Shown here: positions 38,053-48,790 of the stretch, piece by piece | Position numbering within the stretch: the stretch's first letter is position 1 | Layout: the number at the start of each line of letters is the position of its first letter | Source: Cenococcum geophilum | Taxonomy: Eukaryota | Direction of reading: 5' to 3' | DNA length: 64,000 nt | Assembly: GCA_050273025.1 (NCBI GenBank) | Contig: CP158636.1 | Location: forward strand, 10,354,001 to 10,418,000 | The notes under the pieces: model-generated | What the model saw: the letters and a program-made list of their open reading frames with translations, nothing else | What the model was told of the DNA's origin: nothing | The model's database searches: none | Program-made: the position numbers and the translations under genes

Positions 38053-41000
38053 TTATATAACTAAAGCTCTGTTATTGCTTATCTTCTATATAGGTAGTAG
38101 ATAAGGTTTTCCCCTTATCTAGCGCCAAGCCTAATTACGTAATATCGTTGTGAGCTTATCTGCTAATATTATATTGCTTATCCAACTTATACTTAGATCT
38201 ATAAGGCTTCTAAGGCTTTAGCGGAGGCTTAATATTGTCGTTCTTATTATTATAGAATATAAGATCTTATATATAGTGCCACGACACAGACACTGTAATA
38301 TAAAGCTTAATACCGCTAGTAATTTTTGGTTAATTAATTTAGATATTTTCCGGATTAAATGCTGTACCCTTATATTAAAGAACAAATTCTTAATGCATCT
38401 AGTTTAGATCTATATAGGCTTCGTCTATAAAGCAAATAAACTGCCAAAAGTTCTCTATTATATGGCCAATATAGTAATATTCGTACGTCTTATAAGCCCT
38501 TATATTTACCTTGCTTATTGCCCTTATTATAACCTTCTTAAATCGCCAAGCCTTATTCCTTCGCATATATACCTAAATCTATTATTTACTAGCTTATATA
38601 TTATGGCGGGAGGCCTATAGTTTAAGGAGGAGGTTATAAATAGGACTTAAAGGATTAAGGAGAGTATTAACTTAGTTATCGCTTACAACTTAAAGCTTTA
38701 AATAATCGCGGTATTTACCAGAACGATAATAGGCCTTACAACCAATATTATGGTGTAGCTTTAGCTAATTCTTAGCCGTTTAAGTTAACTACTTAAAGTT
38801 AATACGGCGACAGACATCTTCAACTCTTTCCCCAGGCATATAATCATCGAAGGCATTAAAAAAAAAACAGCAAGATCTTGTAGTAGCCTCTCTGCGTTTA
38901 GTTTTACGTTTAGGAGTTGTTAGAGGCATTTATAGTTAATATTGCAATTAAATTATAGATCTGGTAGTATTTTCTATAGAAGTGGCAAATTTTTTAGCGT
39001 TACTGCCTTAACCGAACTTATCCCTTTGTGTGGCAACCGTTTCTTGCAATATTCGTATATACACGCCTCCTAAGCCAATCTAAAGGCTCTATACTGTATA
39101 TAGCTTAGTATTAAAGCCTTAGTCAGTGTAACTGCTCGGCGGTAGGGGTATAGGCGCCACCTCCGAGTTTCGGAATCTTAAATATTGCGGTAAGTAGCAG
39201 CAACGTGGTTAGAAAGCCTATATATAAAACAGTAGTATAGTTAATTAAAGAGCTTTAATATTATTATTGCCTATTTAATTCTTAAAGCCTTAGCGAAATA
39301 TCATCCTTATACCTAGAAAACGTCGTGCATCTTTAGCTCCGAAGCCTCTAAAGGCCTAAAAAGCTTTAAAAGCTCCAAGGCCTCTAAAAGCACCTTAAGC
39401 ATAGAAGTCTTATATACAATCTTTTTAGGCAACGTAGTATACACATAATAGCTTAGCAGTAGTAGTTATACAGCCTCCAGAGGCTTTAGCGGCGGTAATA
39501 CTAAGTAAGGATATTTAGGAAGAGGTTCGGCTAATTAGCTAGAAAGAGGGTATTAAGGAAGACGAATTAGAAGCTCTTTTTAAGGCCCGCGGTAAAACTG
39601 CTAAGGATAAGGTAGATAAGGTAGATAAGACTAATTACCAAAGCTATTAGCTAAAGAAGTTTTAAGAATAGGCTTCCCTGCCGTACCTACTACCTAGGAG
39701 CCTATAGCTACTATTCCTAAACTAGATCTTAAAGTTATTAACCTTTTAAAGGAGTTAATATTTGCTACTTAATGTGCTAGTAAGCCTATTTACGGCTCTA
39801 GTGCGGGCGCCTAATTTAATAATTCTTCTGCTTAAGATGAGGATAATAAGCGCTCTGCTTACTATATAGTAGCAAATCAGGTTAGTATAGTGTCTAGTAG
39901 GTATAGATTTGGGTAGGACCTACCTATTTAAGTATTTCTACTGTTCTTTAATATTAGCGTATTTAAGAAGCTTATAATTAGCACGAACCTCTATACAGCC
40001 TCTTAAAACGCTAGCGGATATCACTAATTAGGACGATACGCCGGTATATAATTATAGGCGTAGAAGGAGACCTCTGCGGGCAAGTTAATAATTTAGGTAG
40101 GAATTATTATCTATATAGGCGTCTTTAAAGTTCCTTAAGTACAAGACCTTTAGGCTATAGATCCTAAATATCCTAAACACTTAATCAGCTTATTTATAGG
40201 CTAAAAAAGATAGGAGTAACTTAAGCGCTTTTTTTTACGTATCACCACCTCTACTAAAAGGCGTTAAACGTTATATATTTAAGAAGATTAAGCCATTAAC
40301 AACATATTTAGGCGAGGCGTTTAGAAAGTACGTTATACCTAGATCTATAGTCAGCTTTAATAAGATAATAGTAAGGTTTACTAGACGATTTACGGCTATA
40401 ATTAAATTGCCTAGTAAGCTAATACCTAAAGGCTATAAGATAATAGGTCTTTATTAATATGGATATTACTATAGCTTTATATTTATATTACCTAGTTACT
40501 TTTTTAGGCTTCCTCCTTAAATAGATTACTAAGATATTATCCTCTTAAAGACCCCTAAATACGTCCTCTACCTTACCTAGTAGCTTCTTCTCCAGACCTA
40601 TCAATTCTACCTATTTTTAGATAACTACTTTACTAATATTCCGTTACTTTAGGTGCTTTAACAGCTTAGGGTTGCTATAGCTAGGACGGCTTAATTAAAC
40701 TTAAAGGACTATCTAGAGGTGCATAAAAGGGCTAATAAAAGAAAGGTAAGGCTACCGTTTAACTTTATTACGGGAATAGTTATTAGCGCAGTTAATTTAG
40801 TGCTTTTAATTATATGGCAAGATAAGAATTTAGTATAGTTTTTAACGATAGCTTACTTATATAGCGATAGGAATGTTAATAAAGTTAATTAACGTTAACC
40901 GCGAGCATATAATTCCTTCCTTAAAAAGCTAGTAGCTAACGTTTAGGGTAATAATTTAATTAAGAAGTTAACGCTTCCTAGATTCTCTATTAACTACAAT

Positions 41001-42213
41001 AACTAAATAGGCGGCGTTAATATCCATAATTAACTTTAAAGCTACTATACTACCTAGATACCCTTATTCTTTTAGGCGCTTAATACGGCTGTAATTAACG
41101 CCTATATTATTAGTAAGAATATCTTTTAGACATTAAGCAAACCATTCCTTTATACCCACCGCCGCTTCCGTATATAATTAGTATAGAACCTTATTATTAT
41201 AGGTAGTCGGAAGATAGGGTTAGCTAAATAAGATACTGAGCATCGTCTTTATCTAGTCCTATAAAAGCCTAGGCAATATTAACCTGGTACTAGGCCTAGT
41301 TACAAAAATATTAAAATAAATTAAAGAAGTACCTACATTACTACTAAAACCCTACTATCTATAATTCGACGGTATACGCGAACTCACCGCTCTATTAAAG
41401 GTTTTATAAAGAAGCAAGGCTATAAGGGCTTACTAAGATGCTAGATATATAGATAGAAGGAGGCTAGGAAGCTTATAATATAAATATGGCAAATAGTATA
41501 CAAATACAAGGTTTATAGGCTTCCTCTATATCTTTAGTGCTTTAATAGCTTTTATTTAGTAGGCAACGACTAGGTAACTATTTTTAATCCTCTACTTCCT
41601 TATACCTCTAATATTAAGACCCTAAAGCTAATTAAGCCTTTACGGCAGTAACCTTCTTAGCCTCCTTTAAGCCCTCCTCTACTACCTTTAATTAATCCTC
41701 TATACTAAATAATCGCTAATTAAACCGTTTAACTACCTATAGCACCTTACGCATCTTATTTAACGTACATAATACGTCCTCCATTATAACCTTAAGCTGA
41801 TCCTCTACTGGCTTATTCTTATCGACGTTAGGAACGCGTATAAAGTATATAAGTAGTAAAAGTTTAGAGGAAGACTCTAATAGAGGATTTTCCTATATAA
41901 TTAGCAGCTGGTTAATAGAAGAAGGGCAAGAATATACGACTGTGACGTTATACATCACGACTTTTTACTTAACTTCCTTAGATAAAATCTGTGGTTAGTG
42001 TTTTTGGGGTTGCCTTTTGCAGTATTTCGTTGGCATTGTGATGTTAAGGTGTTTTGGTGGGGCTTGCTAATAAAATTGCGCTAGCTGGGGTGCCTGTAGC
42101 ATGCTAACCCAAGCAAAAGCGCCAAAAGCGCCCAATACGAAAAGTGACTTTTGCCACACGAAGGGATAGACCTCACCCATATGCTAATAAAAATAAGGTT
42201 TAGGGCATTGCTG
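38053..42213 (-). mobile_element. Tc1/mariner transposon relic (38053-39017 and 42170-42213), interrupted by piggyBac and by Copia A
   Basis: Minus-strand degenerate ORF from ATG 38929 (MP.TTPKRK...) with W..VCF(T)DEAH first catalytic motif (~38417-38450); putative left end CAGCAATGCCC preceded by TA at 42214-42215. Confidence 0.75.
39022..42165 (+). mobile_element. piggyBac transposon, RIP-inactivated
   Basis: 15-bp TIR CCCTTTGTGTGGCAA / TTGCCACACGAAGGG; de-RIPed transposase motifs SFDEMMVRFTGR (~40352), KPIPEGYK, LFLDNYFT (~40610), YN.QMGGVD..DQ (~40995), FFWALDTAVINAY, and a C-terminal Cys cluster. Confidence 0.92.
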
Positions 42214-42537
42214 TATATAAACTTTAGTATATTTCTATCTATTTACTCGCTCGCAGAGATATATTCCAAATATGTATGTGTATTGTATTAGGGGGTGTAG
42301 GCCCAAGAAGAGGGTAATCTCGCCTCAGCCTGCTTGCATAGTAGGTTCCCTACTGTTAAGCAGTAGTAGATAATTACACACTCATTGCCCCCCTTAGGCC
42401 TACCGCAAGCCTAAAAGGCTGCAAAACTATCTATAGGGTGGAGGGTGGGAAAGCGAAAAGCCGAAAGGCTAATTGTGATAGATATTAATGTTGCTGTTCA
42501 GAGGAGGCGTGACTTTGCTTTGAATAGACATCTTTAT

Positions 42538-42697
42538 ATATTAAAAGCTTCAATATTTTTCAATCAATTCAATTCAATTAGGACCTCTAGATTGAATGCG
42601 ATGCCAAACCCGCGAGCTCTTAGTTGATTGAATTGATTGAGTCTTGGCATTCAATTCAATTCAATATTAAAGCCTCGTTGAATGATTTGCAAGCCTG
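42538..42697 (-). mobile_element. hAT terminal segment, inverted relative to 46954-47112
   Basis: Reverse complement CAGGCTTGCAAATCATTCAACGAG... aligns without large gaps over ~155 bp with CAGGGTTGCAAATCATTCAACGAG... at 46954. Confidence 0.85.
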
Positions 42698-42951
42698 AAA
42701 AGGAGTGCAATGTGTATTAAAAACCACTGCATTTTGCACTTAAATTTAGCTCTACATGCACCAAAAATCCGCCCAATATGCATCAATTTTAGATGCATAT
42801 TACAGAGCGTAGGGTTCGCGTGTAACTTCTAAGCCTTGTGGCGCTATCAGCATTGGGTATAGCTCGAGGCCAGCTGAAACTCCAGGCAGATATCATGAGG
42901 TCTGCATACCGGGCCCACTCACCTTCCAAGTCATCATTATATCGCGATCAA

Positions 42952-45900
42952 ATGGCAGACCCCCTATCTATCTTGGGAGGTTTGGTAGGAGTCGTCGCTA
43001 CTGGCGCTCAGCTTTCCTTATCTCTCTATGAAATCTCTAATCGTATTGTTCATGCACCTAAAGAGGTCGCCGAGCTGGCAAGCGAAATGTCTTTGCTGTC
43101 ATCAACACTCGGAAACTTGGGAGAAGTGCTGCGAGAAGGAAAGGGCCTCTATAAACATCGCATGATATCAAATACCAAGAATATGCTATCTCGCATCAAA
43201 GACGTTCATCGCGACATTCGCAAGATGACCAAGGATGCGAAAGGCTTAAGACGGCTGGGATGGGTGTTCCGATCTGTCAAGGCGAAAGCACTTCTGGCCA
43301 AAATAGATAGCTTAAAGTTGACTTTGAGTCTCACGTTGGCTACGATGCAGTTGGCGCTTCGACAAAAGAAAATCCTTGAGTAGGCTGAGTATTCTAGCCT
43401 TGCAGAACCTTTGTATGCTAACACTTCCATAGCAAGAAATACGACGCTTCCCAAGCAGCGATAGAAGAAAACCAATTCCGAAAACTTGCCGAGAGCCTTG
43501 TCGAAGCTAATCGACAGTCATTTCAAAAGCTTCAAGAAGAATTGGATGCTACTAAAGGCATTAAACCTAAGATTCCTTCCGTGCGCATCGACCCACTTGC
43601 TCCGGACTCAAATCCATACACGCGCAGCAATCTAATCAATTCAGGGCTAAAGGACAATGCTATCCATCATTGGGTCAGCTCCGATGATGATACGATTGCT
43701 GCTGAAGTTAATGAACCTAAGATTCCTTCCGTGCGTATCAATCCACTTGCTCCAGACCCAAACCCACACGAGCACAGCAATCCAGTCAATTCTAAGCCCA
43801 GATACAATGCCGTCCATCGTTGGGCCGGCTCCAAAGACGACACAGCAACTTGGCTGTATCGTCTGGTTTTCTCCGAAGATATTCCTCCGCGACCACATTC
43901 ACGCCTTCAGCAGAAGGGGCTTTCGACGAGTACCCAACGACCAAAATCCTCAGCACAACATGCACAGGTCCCAAAAAGTCCAAATACTGATCCTCTAATT
44001 CTTCATACCCCCAACCGACTCTTACTTGAGCAAGCGCCTCCGATTGAACCGTATGTTTGGGAAGCCAAGCCGAAGGGGAACTCAGGCTCTAGCATGTCCT
44101 CCAGCATTGAAGACCAGAAGACCGATCCTATCGATATCGTAGGTCAAAAGCACGACACACTACATGGTAAATCCATCGATACCGCCGAGAGTGATGCCGC
44201 CGCAATCCCTGCTTTGCCGGAAAGCGATACTGAAAAGTCTTCCTCTGATAAACTTCTCGACGAGGATCCTGACGATCAACTGCCGGAGTATGCACATTCG
44301 GGAAACGAACCTGCAAAAGTAGTTGAACGCTTACTCTTGGAATGGACAACCTTACCCACCCCAGCCATCAAAGCCACCTCCAAATCCGCTCAGCCGGCGA
44401 GTGAGGATAAATCACTATTCGACAAAGCCATTATCAGATATAGCCGAGACGAGAAAAAGCTACTAGCGCCGCCCAACCAATCAGTTCCCCACACTATCAG
44501 ACAGACGAATGGTCGGGAAATCCCCCAAGAAAGTAGCCCCCCAACAATTACTATTCATAATGCCGAAAACAGATCAGAGTCCGAATGGGCGTATGTTTCG
44601 TCCGATGATGACGTAACATGGGCTTCTCGCAATGGATATGAGCCTGCCCTACCCCGTCCTATTGAGCCATTGATGTCATTTCAATCAGAGGACCCCTTTA
44701 GCTATCCCTATCCTCGCCCTCCTCCGTTACCGCCACGTCCACGTTCATTCGATGCGCCTTCTTCAAACACCCGTTAAGAGGAAATACCTAAGCGCACAAG
44801 CTCGCCTTCTCTGAAAGAACCATTTGGGCGTCAGAGGGATTCTGCGACATACTTTTCGGACGATGACCACCCCTCGTATGGTATAAGGACAGGCAGAAAT
44901 CGCCGCAGGAGAGACAGGGATTTTAGAAGAGGATGGGATAGCAGAGGATGGGATGAAGTAGACGAAGAAACAGATTCTGAATCGGCGGAGAATCGACATG
45001 TCCAACGAGTTATTCGACGTGTAAAAAAAGCCTTCGACGATAGCCGATCTATGGTAAAGATTATGGATATACAGCGTTCTGTCGCCGAATCTGATTTGAA
45101 TCAAACTACTCTGAGCTTGGATTCAGACAATGTCAAATCAGTCAAATTCAGGGCATTGGCGGAACGCACCATAAGATTTTTGGAACACCCGTTGGATGAC
45201 GTCCCTGGGCTAGAAGCTAGCACGGAAACGATTTGCTTCATGTTGCAGAATGCTGTGGCTCGAAATGGAGAGCTTACGGGGGACCTGGCCCGTGCAAAAA
45301 TTAAGCAAGAGCTTATACGTTCTAAGATGGATGAGAAGGCAGAGTTTACCTTAGAACTACAGAAGGCGAAAGACACCCTTGAAAAGGAGAAGGAAACACT
45401 TGAACACTCTGTAATGGAGCTCGGGAGGAGCCAAGAGGAGCGCGAGTACTCATGGGCCCACCAAGACATGAAACATACCGCAGAACTAAAAAACTTGCAG
45501 CAGAAGTTGGAAAGCAGACCATCCAAAGGCAAAATATTGAATATATTCTCTCCCGCGCCCAGAGATGTAACCAGCCAAGAAGCTTCTCCTATTCTCCTTC
45601 TTCCGTCTCGTCTCAACCCCTCGTATCCAACTCAATCCGCTGTTACTAATGTTTCAAAAGCAAGCATTAATACGGCCTTTTACAAGAACAAGGATAGATC
45701 AATAGTGCTTGAGCTTGATGATGAACAAAAGCGGTGGGATCTTTCAAATCACATTCTCGGGACCCTGGCTTGGGAGCCTTCGGTGGTTTCGTCAACCAGT
45801 GAACTCTACCTCTCTCTGAAGCACAATGGATGGAATCCAACTTACGTCAGAGCCACTGGTAGGATACCTTTTTCTTTCTTTTCTCTGGTTCACTTTCTTT

Positions 45901-46711
45901 CCTTTTACCCCCCGACTTTTCAAACGTATATGTTTACCAATCCATACCAGAAGACGGAGAGACCATCTACATGGGCGAAAATCCCGTTCACATCAACTTC
46001 GCGAATCCGAACTATATACCTCAGCTTCCATCAGTCGACTTGGAGGTCCCGAGTGGCTGGGTCGCCATCGGCGAAGAATGGGTGGAAAGCGAAGCGCTTA
46101 AGATATTAGGCTTCGAAGGTCATCTAAATCATGAACTAGCTACCACTTCTGGATTGTATATTCTCGATGGCCCCCTAACAGCGAACGACATAGAAACTCT
46201 CGTGGCTACTTCACTCTTCCTTCGCGAACACCGCATGCGCAAACAATCCCGCATTCTGCAAACCAACACGTCCGATACCGGGTTCTCGACATCTCCCATG
46301 CCTTCGCCACTCGCATCCACCCCAACAACACCAACAAATTACATCGACACCAACACTGACCCCAACCGCTCAGCCTCTTCCTTCTTGCGGGACAGCGAAG
46401 CCCGATTAAGACCTCCAGAGCGCGCCACGAGATCCTCCAGATCTTCTTCTTTCTCCCAAGATACCGAAGGTCGATTAAGACCCCCAGAACTCCACACGAG
46501 GTCACCCGTATCCAAATCCCACAGCGGATCCAAGTCCTCCGATGAGTCAAGAAAGAGTGGAAGACGTCATTCGGATAGCGAGAGAAGGCGGCGTGCGGGG
46601 AGTGAGAATGGAAAGGAGAGGCCAAGGACCGCAGCGACTGAGGAGAGAAGAAAAGGGCATCATCGGAGTCATCGGAGGGCGAAGTCGGGCTTGAGAGATT
46701 TGGAGACGTGA
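42952..46711 (+). pseudogene. Host gene, ~1200 codons: N-terminal HeLo-like (fungal STAND N-terminal type) domain, long disordered region, coiled coil, small conserved-looking C-terminal domain; one premature TAA. Exons 42952-43379, 43433-45858, 45951-46711
   Basis: MADPLSILGGLVGVVATGAQLS...APKEVAELASEMSLL...RLGWVFR...LLAKIDSLKLTL pattern. Intron 43380-43432 (GTAGGC..GCTAAC..TAG) and intron 45859-45950 (GTAGGA..CAG) join the ORFs in frame. The frame is open on both sides of TAA 44775-44777. Non-RIPed composition. Confidence 0.82.
43564..43845 (+). repeat. Intragenic tandem duplication, 150-bp (50-aa) period
   Basis: AACCTAAGATTCCTTCCGTGCG at 43564 and 43714; PKIPSVRI.PLAPD.NP...SN..NS....NA.H.W..S.DDT twice. 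Confidence 0.95.
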
Positions 46712-46752
46712 GGCAGGGGATGAGAGTAGGAGGTTATTGGGTAGTGAGGGGC

Positions 46753-46932
46753 TGTTGAACGGACGATCAGGAATGAGACTCTGTCTTATTGAATGTGGCT
46801 CTAGAGCCTCTATATATACATAAGGAAGGGGTAGTAGACTATGTCGTTGAACGAGTCGTTGACCGAGTCGCTGACCGAGACAGTGGTAGGACGGCGGTAA
46901 GAAAATCCGATTCAGTTCGACACCCCCCCTAG
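46753..46932 (-). mobile_element. Un-RIPed Copia-type 3' LTR (46753-46922) with PPT, internal region missing
   Basis: TGTTGAAC...GTTCGACA ends; CCCCCCCTAG at 46923-46932; minus strand GTATATATAGAGGCTCTAGAGCCACATT resembles the Copia A LTRs. Confidence 0.8.
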
Positions 46933-47638
46933 CTGCACAGTGCCTTCTGGGCTCAGGGTTGCAAATCATTCAACGAGACTTCAATATTAAGTTGAGTTGG
47001 GTGACAAGACTCAATCAATTCAACCAACTGAGAGTTCGCTGGCTTGGCAATTCAATTAATTTGGAGGCTCCGATTAAGTTGAGCCGATTAAAGAATATTA
47101 AAGCTTTAATATTATATAGAAAATATTACTAGAGTTTATATAGAGTAATGCTCTAAACCTTATCTTTCTTAGTCTCGCCCGCCAAAAATAGTTTACCCGA
47201 GTATCACCCGTTGTTTATATCGTTATATTGCCGCCCGAGCCTTTATAGGTAAAAGTCTTACTTCTAATTCTATAATATTAGTTCTACTACTACTATAGCT
47301 TCTAACGCGTTAGATAATGGCTAAATAAATACCTTAGCCCTTTCTACCGCTTATTTTAATCCTATTGTACCTACTGACCTCTAGCGCGCCTTAGATTATA
47401 GTATAATTAGCAATACTAATGCGTTAACTACTAAATTCTAACTAGAAGATTATATAGGAATTAACTAGACGCGTCTTCTTAGCTACTATATTCCTTATTT
47501 AATAACGGGCAAACGTTACGGGCCTATATAGCAGTATGGATATAATATTAAGCATAGTAAATTAGGTAAGCGGTACTAGGTATATAAGCTCTGCTATAAA
47601 AAGGCTTATATATAATACCTATATTTAGACACTAGTAC

Positions 47639-47870
47639 TGTGACGGCTCGTATAAATGCCTCTGAACCGAAGCTTGTGGATTGCTATCTAGTAAAGATAC
47701 TAAGCTAAGGAGAAGAAGAAGAAGAAGAATCGTTCAGGGGCAGCAGGTAGATATGTCGCGAGGGCCGCCAAGGCGCTAGTGGTAAGCGAGCCAATAGCGA
47801 TTTTCCATCCCGGGGATGGAAAATCCTGATTGGTTGAATCTGGCAGGTAACGCGCCTTAGCACCGTCACA
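47639..47870 (-). mobile_element. Solo LTR related to Gypsy family A
   Basis: TGTGACGG...CCGTCACA; TSD AGTAC (47634-47638, 47871-47875); reverse complement shares CTTAGCTTAGTATCTT and AAGCTTCGGTTCAGAGGCATTTATA with 6079-6290. Confidence 0.92.
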
Positions 47871-48166
47871 AGTACTGCAAATTATTTTAGGCATATGCTA
47901 AATAAATATAATATTAGTAACTCTAATGCAGAGAAAGTAAAGTAAGGACGGTTAGTTTTTAAATAGCCGTAACTTTAAGCCAATAAGCTAGAGGATTAAG
48001 GCTAAATAAATACTATTATCCAAAGCCTCTATCCAGATTAATTTACTTAGCTTTTAATGCGATAGGTTATACGCGATAATATTCTATTTTATAAGCTTAA
48101 AGGCAGTATATTATATAATTTTATAGGGTATACTAATTAAGCTATTCTAAACCGTACGCCCCCTAC

Positions 48167-48435
48167 TGTAAGGCATATTGCATAGGTGTATGGTAGGGAG
48201 TAGGCAAGCCGAGCATAATTTATAAGGAGAGTCGATAGAAGAGGACGATATGGTAAAGAGTATGGCAATAGCCTCGTACGAAGAGAGAGAGAGAGACGAA
48301 CCAATGAGGAGGGAAAGGGCTATAAGCCCGAGGTGCTTATAAGGAGGTGCCAAGCCTAGCCTTCGGCTAGGCCTTGGCTACCCCTAAGCGGCCCTTAGGT
48401 AATGCACCTAAGTAAGGGTTAAAATAACCCTTACA
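48167..48435 (-). mobile_element. Solo LTR of the TRIM family
   Basis: Reverse complement matches 22137-22394 and 62085-62345; TSD CCTAC (48162-48166, 48436-48440). Confidence 0.93.
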
Positions 48436-48790
48436 CCTACCTTCTTATTTAATAATAAGAGAATTAATACTTGCTAAGTTTAATTAATATAAGGAAGTAA
48501 TTACTGCTCTAAAGTATATATATTTTATACAAATTAAAAGGGAGCTCTTGCTACACCTGGCCTAAAAAGACTAAAACCAACCAAAAGAACCCTAAAAGAC
48601 ACCTAGAGGATCCCCCTGAGATGCATGCATCGTAAGGAAGGCACACGTTAAACGACGGTGGTTCGTACTCGCGCGCGTCCACTAGACCTACGCCTAGTAA
48701 TAGCCCTCTATAATAAGAACGGGCGAATACCATACTATAAAGCGGGAAAACCTTTATTAAGAAGGTATCTAATAAAATATAAAGCCTATT

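Larger units (their letters stand above)
46954..48545 (+). mobile_element. hAT transposon 5' part with BED zinc-finger transposase relic
   Basis: CAGGGTTGC terminus with subterminal TCAAT/ATTGA repeats; de-RIPed WQYGY.I....GKR.WVCKLC (~47530-47600) and H....H (~47890); interrupted by two solo LTRs and by the LINE. Confidence 0.8.

Noticed and set aside
43564..43845. HET-s-like two-repeat prion-forming domain
   Set aside because: Repeats are 50 aa and proline-rich, lacking the alternating beta pattern with N/G ladders.
42698..46953. Starship cargo interpretation
   Set aside because: No tyrosine-recombinase captain gene or Starship boundary visible in the window.
43206..46969. Antisense and alternate-frame ORFs over the host gene
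   Set aside because: Shadow ORFs of the spliced plus-strand gene; no recognisable motifs.
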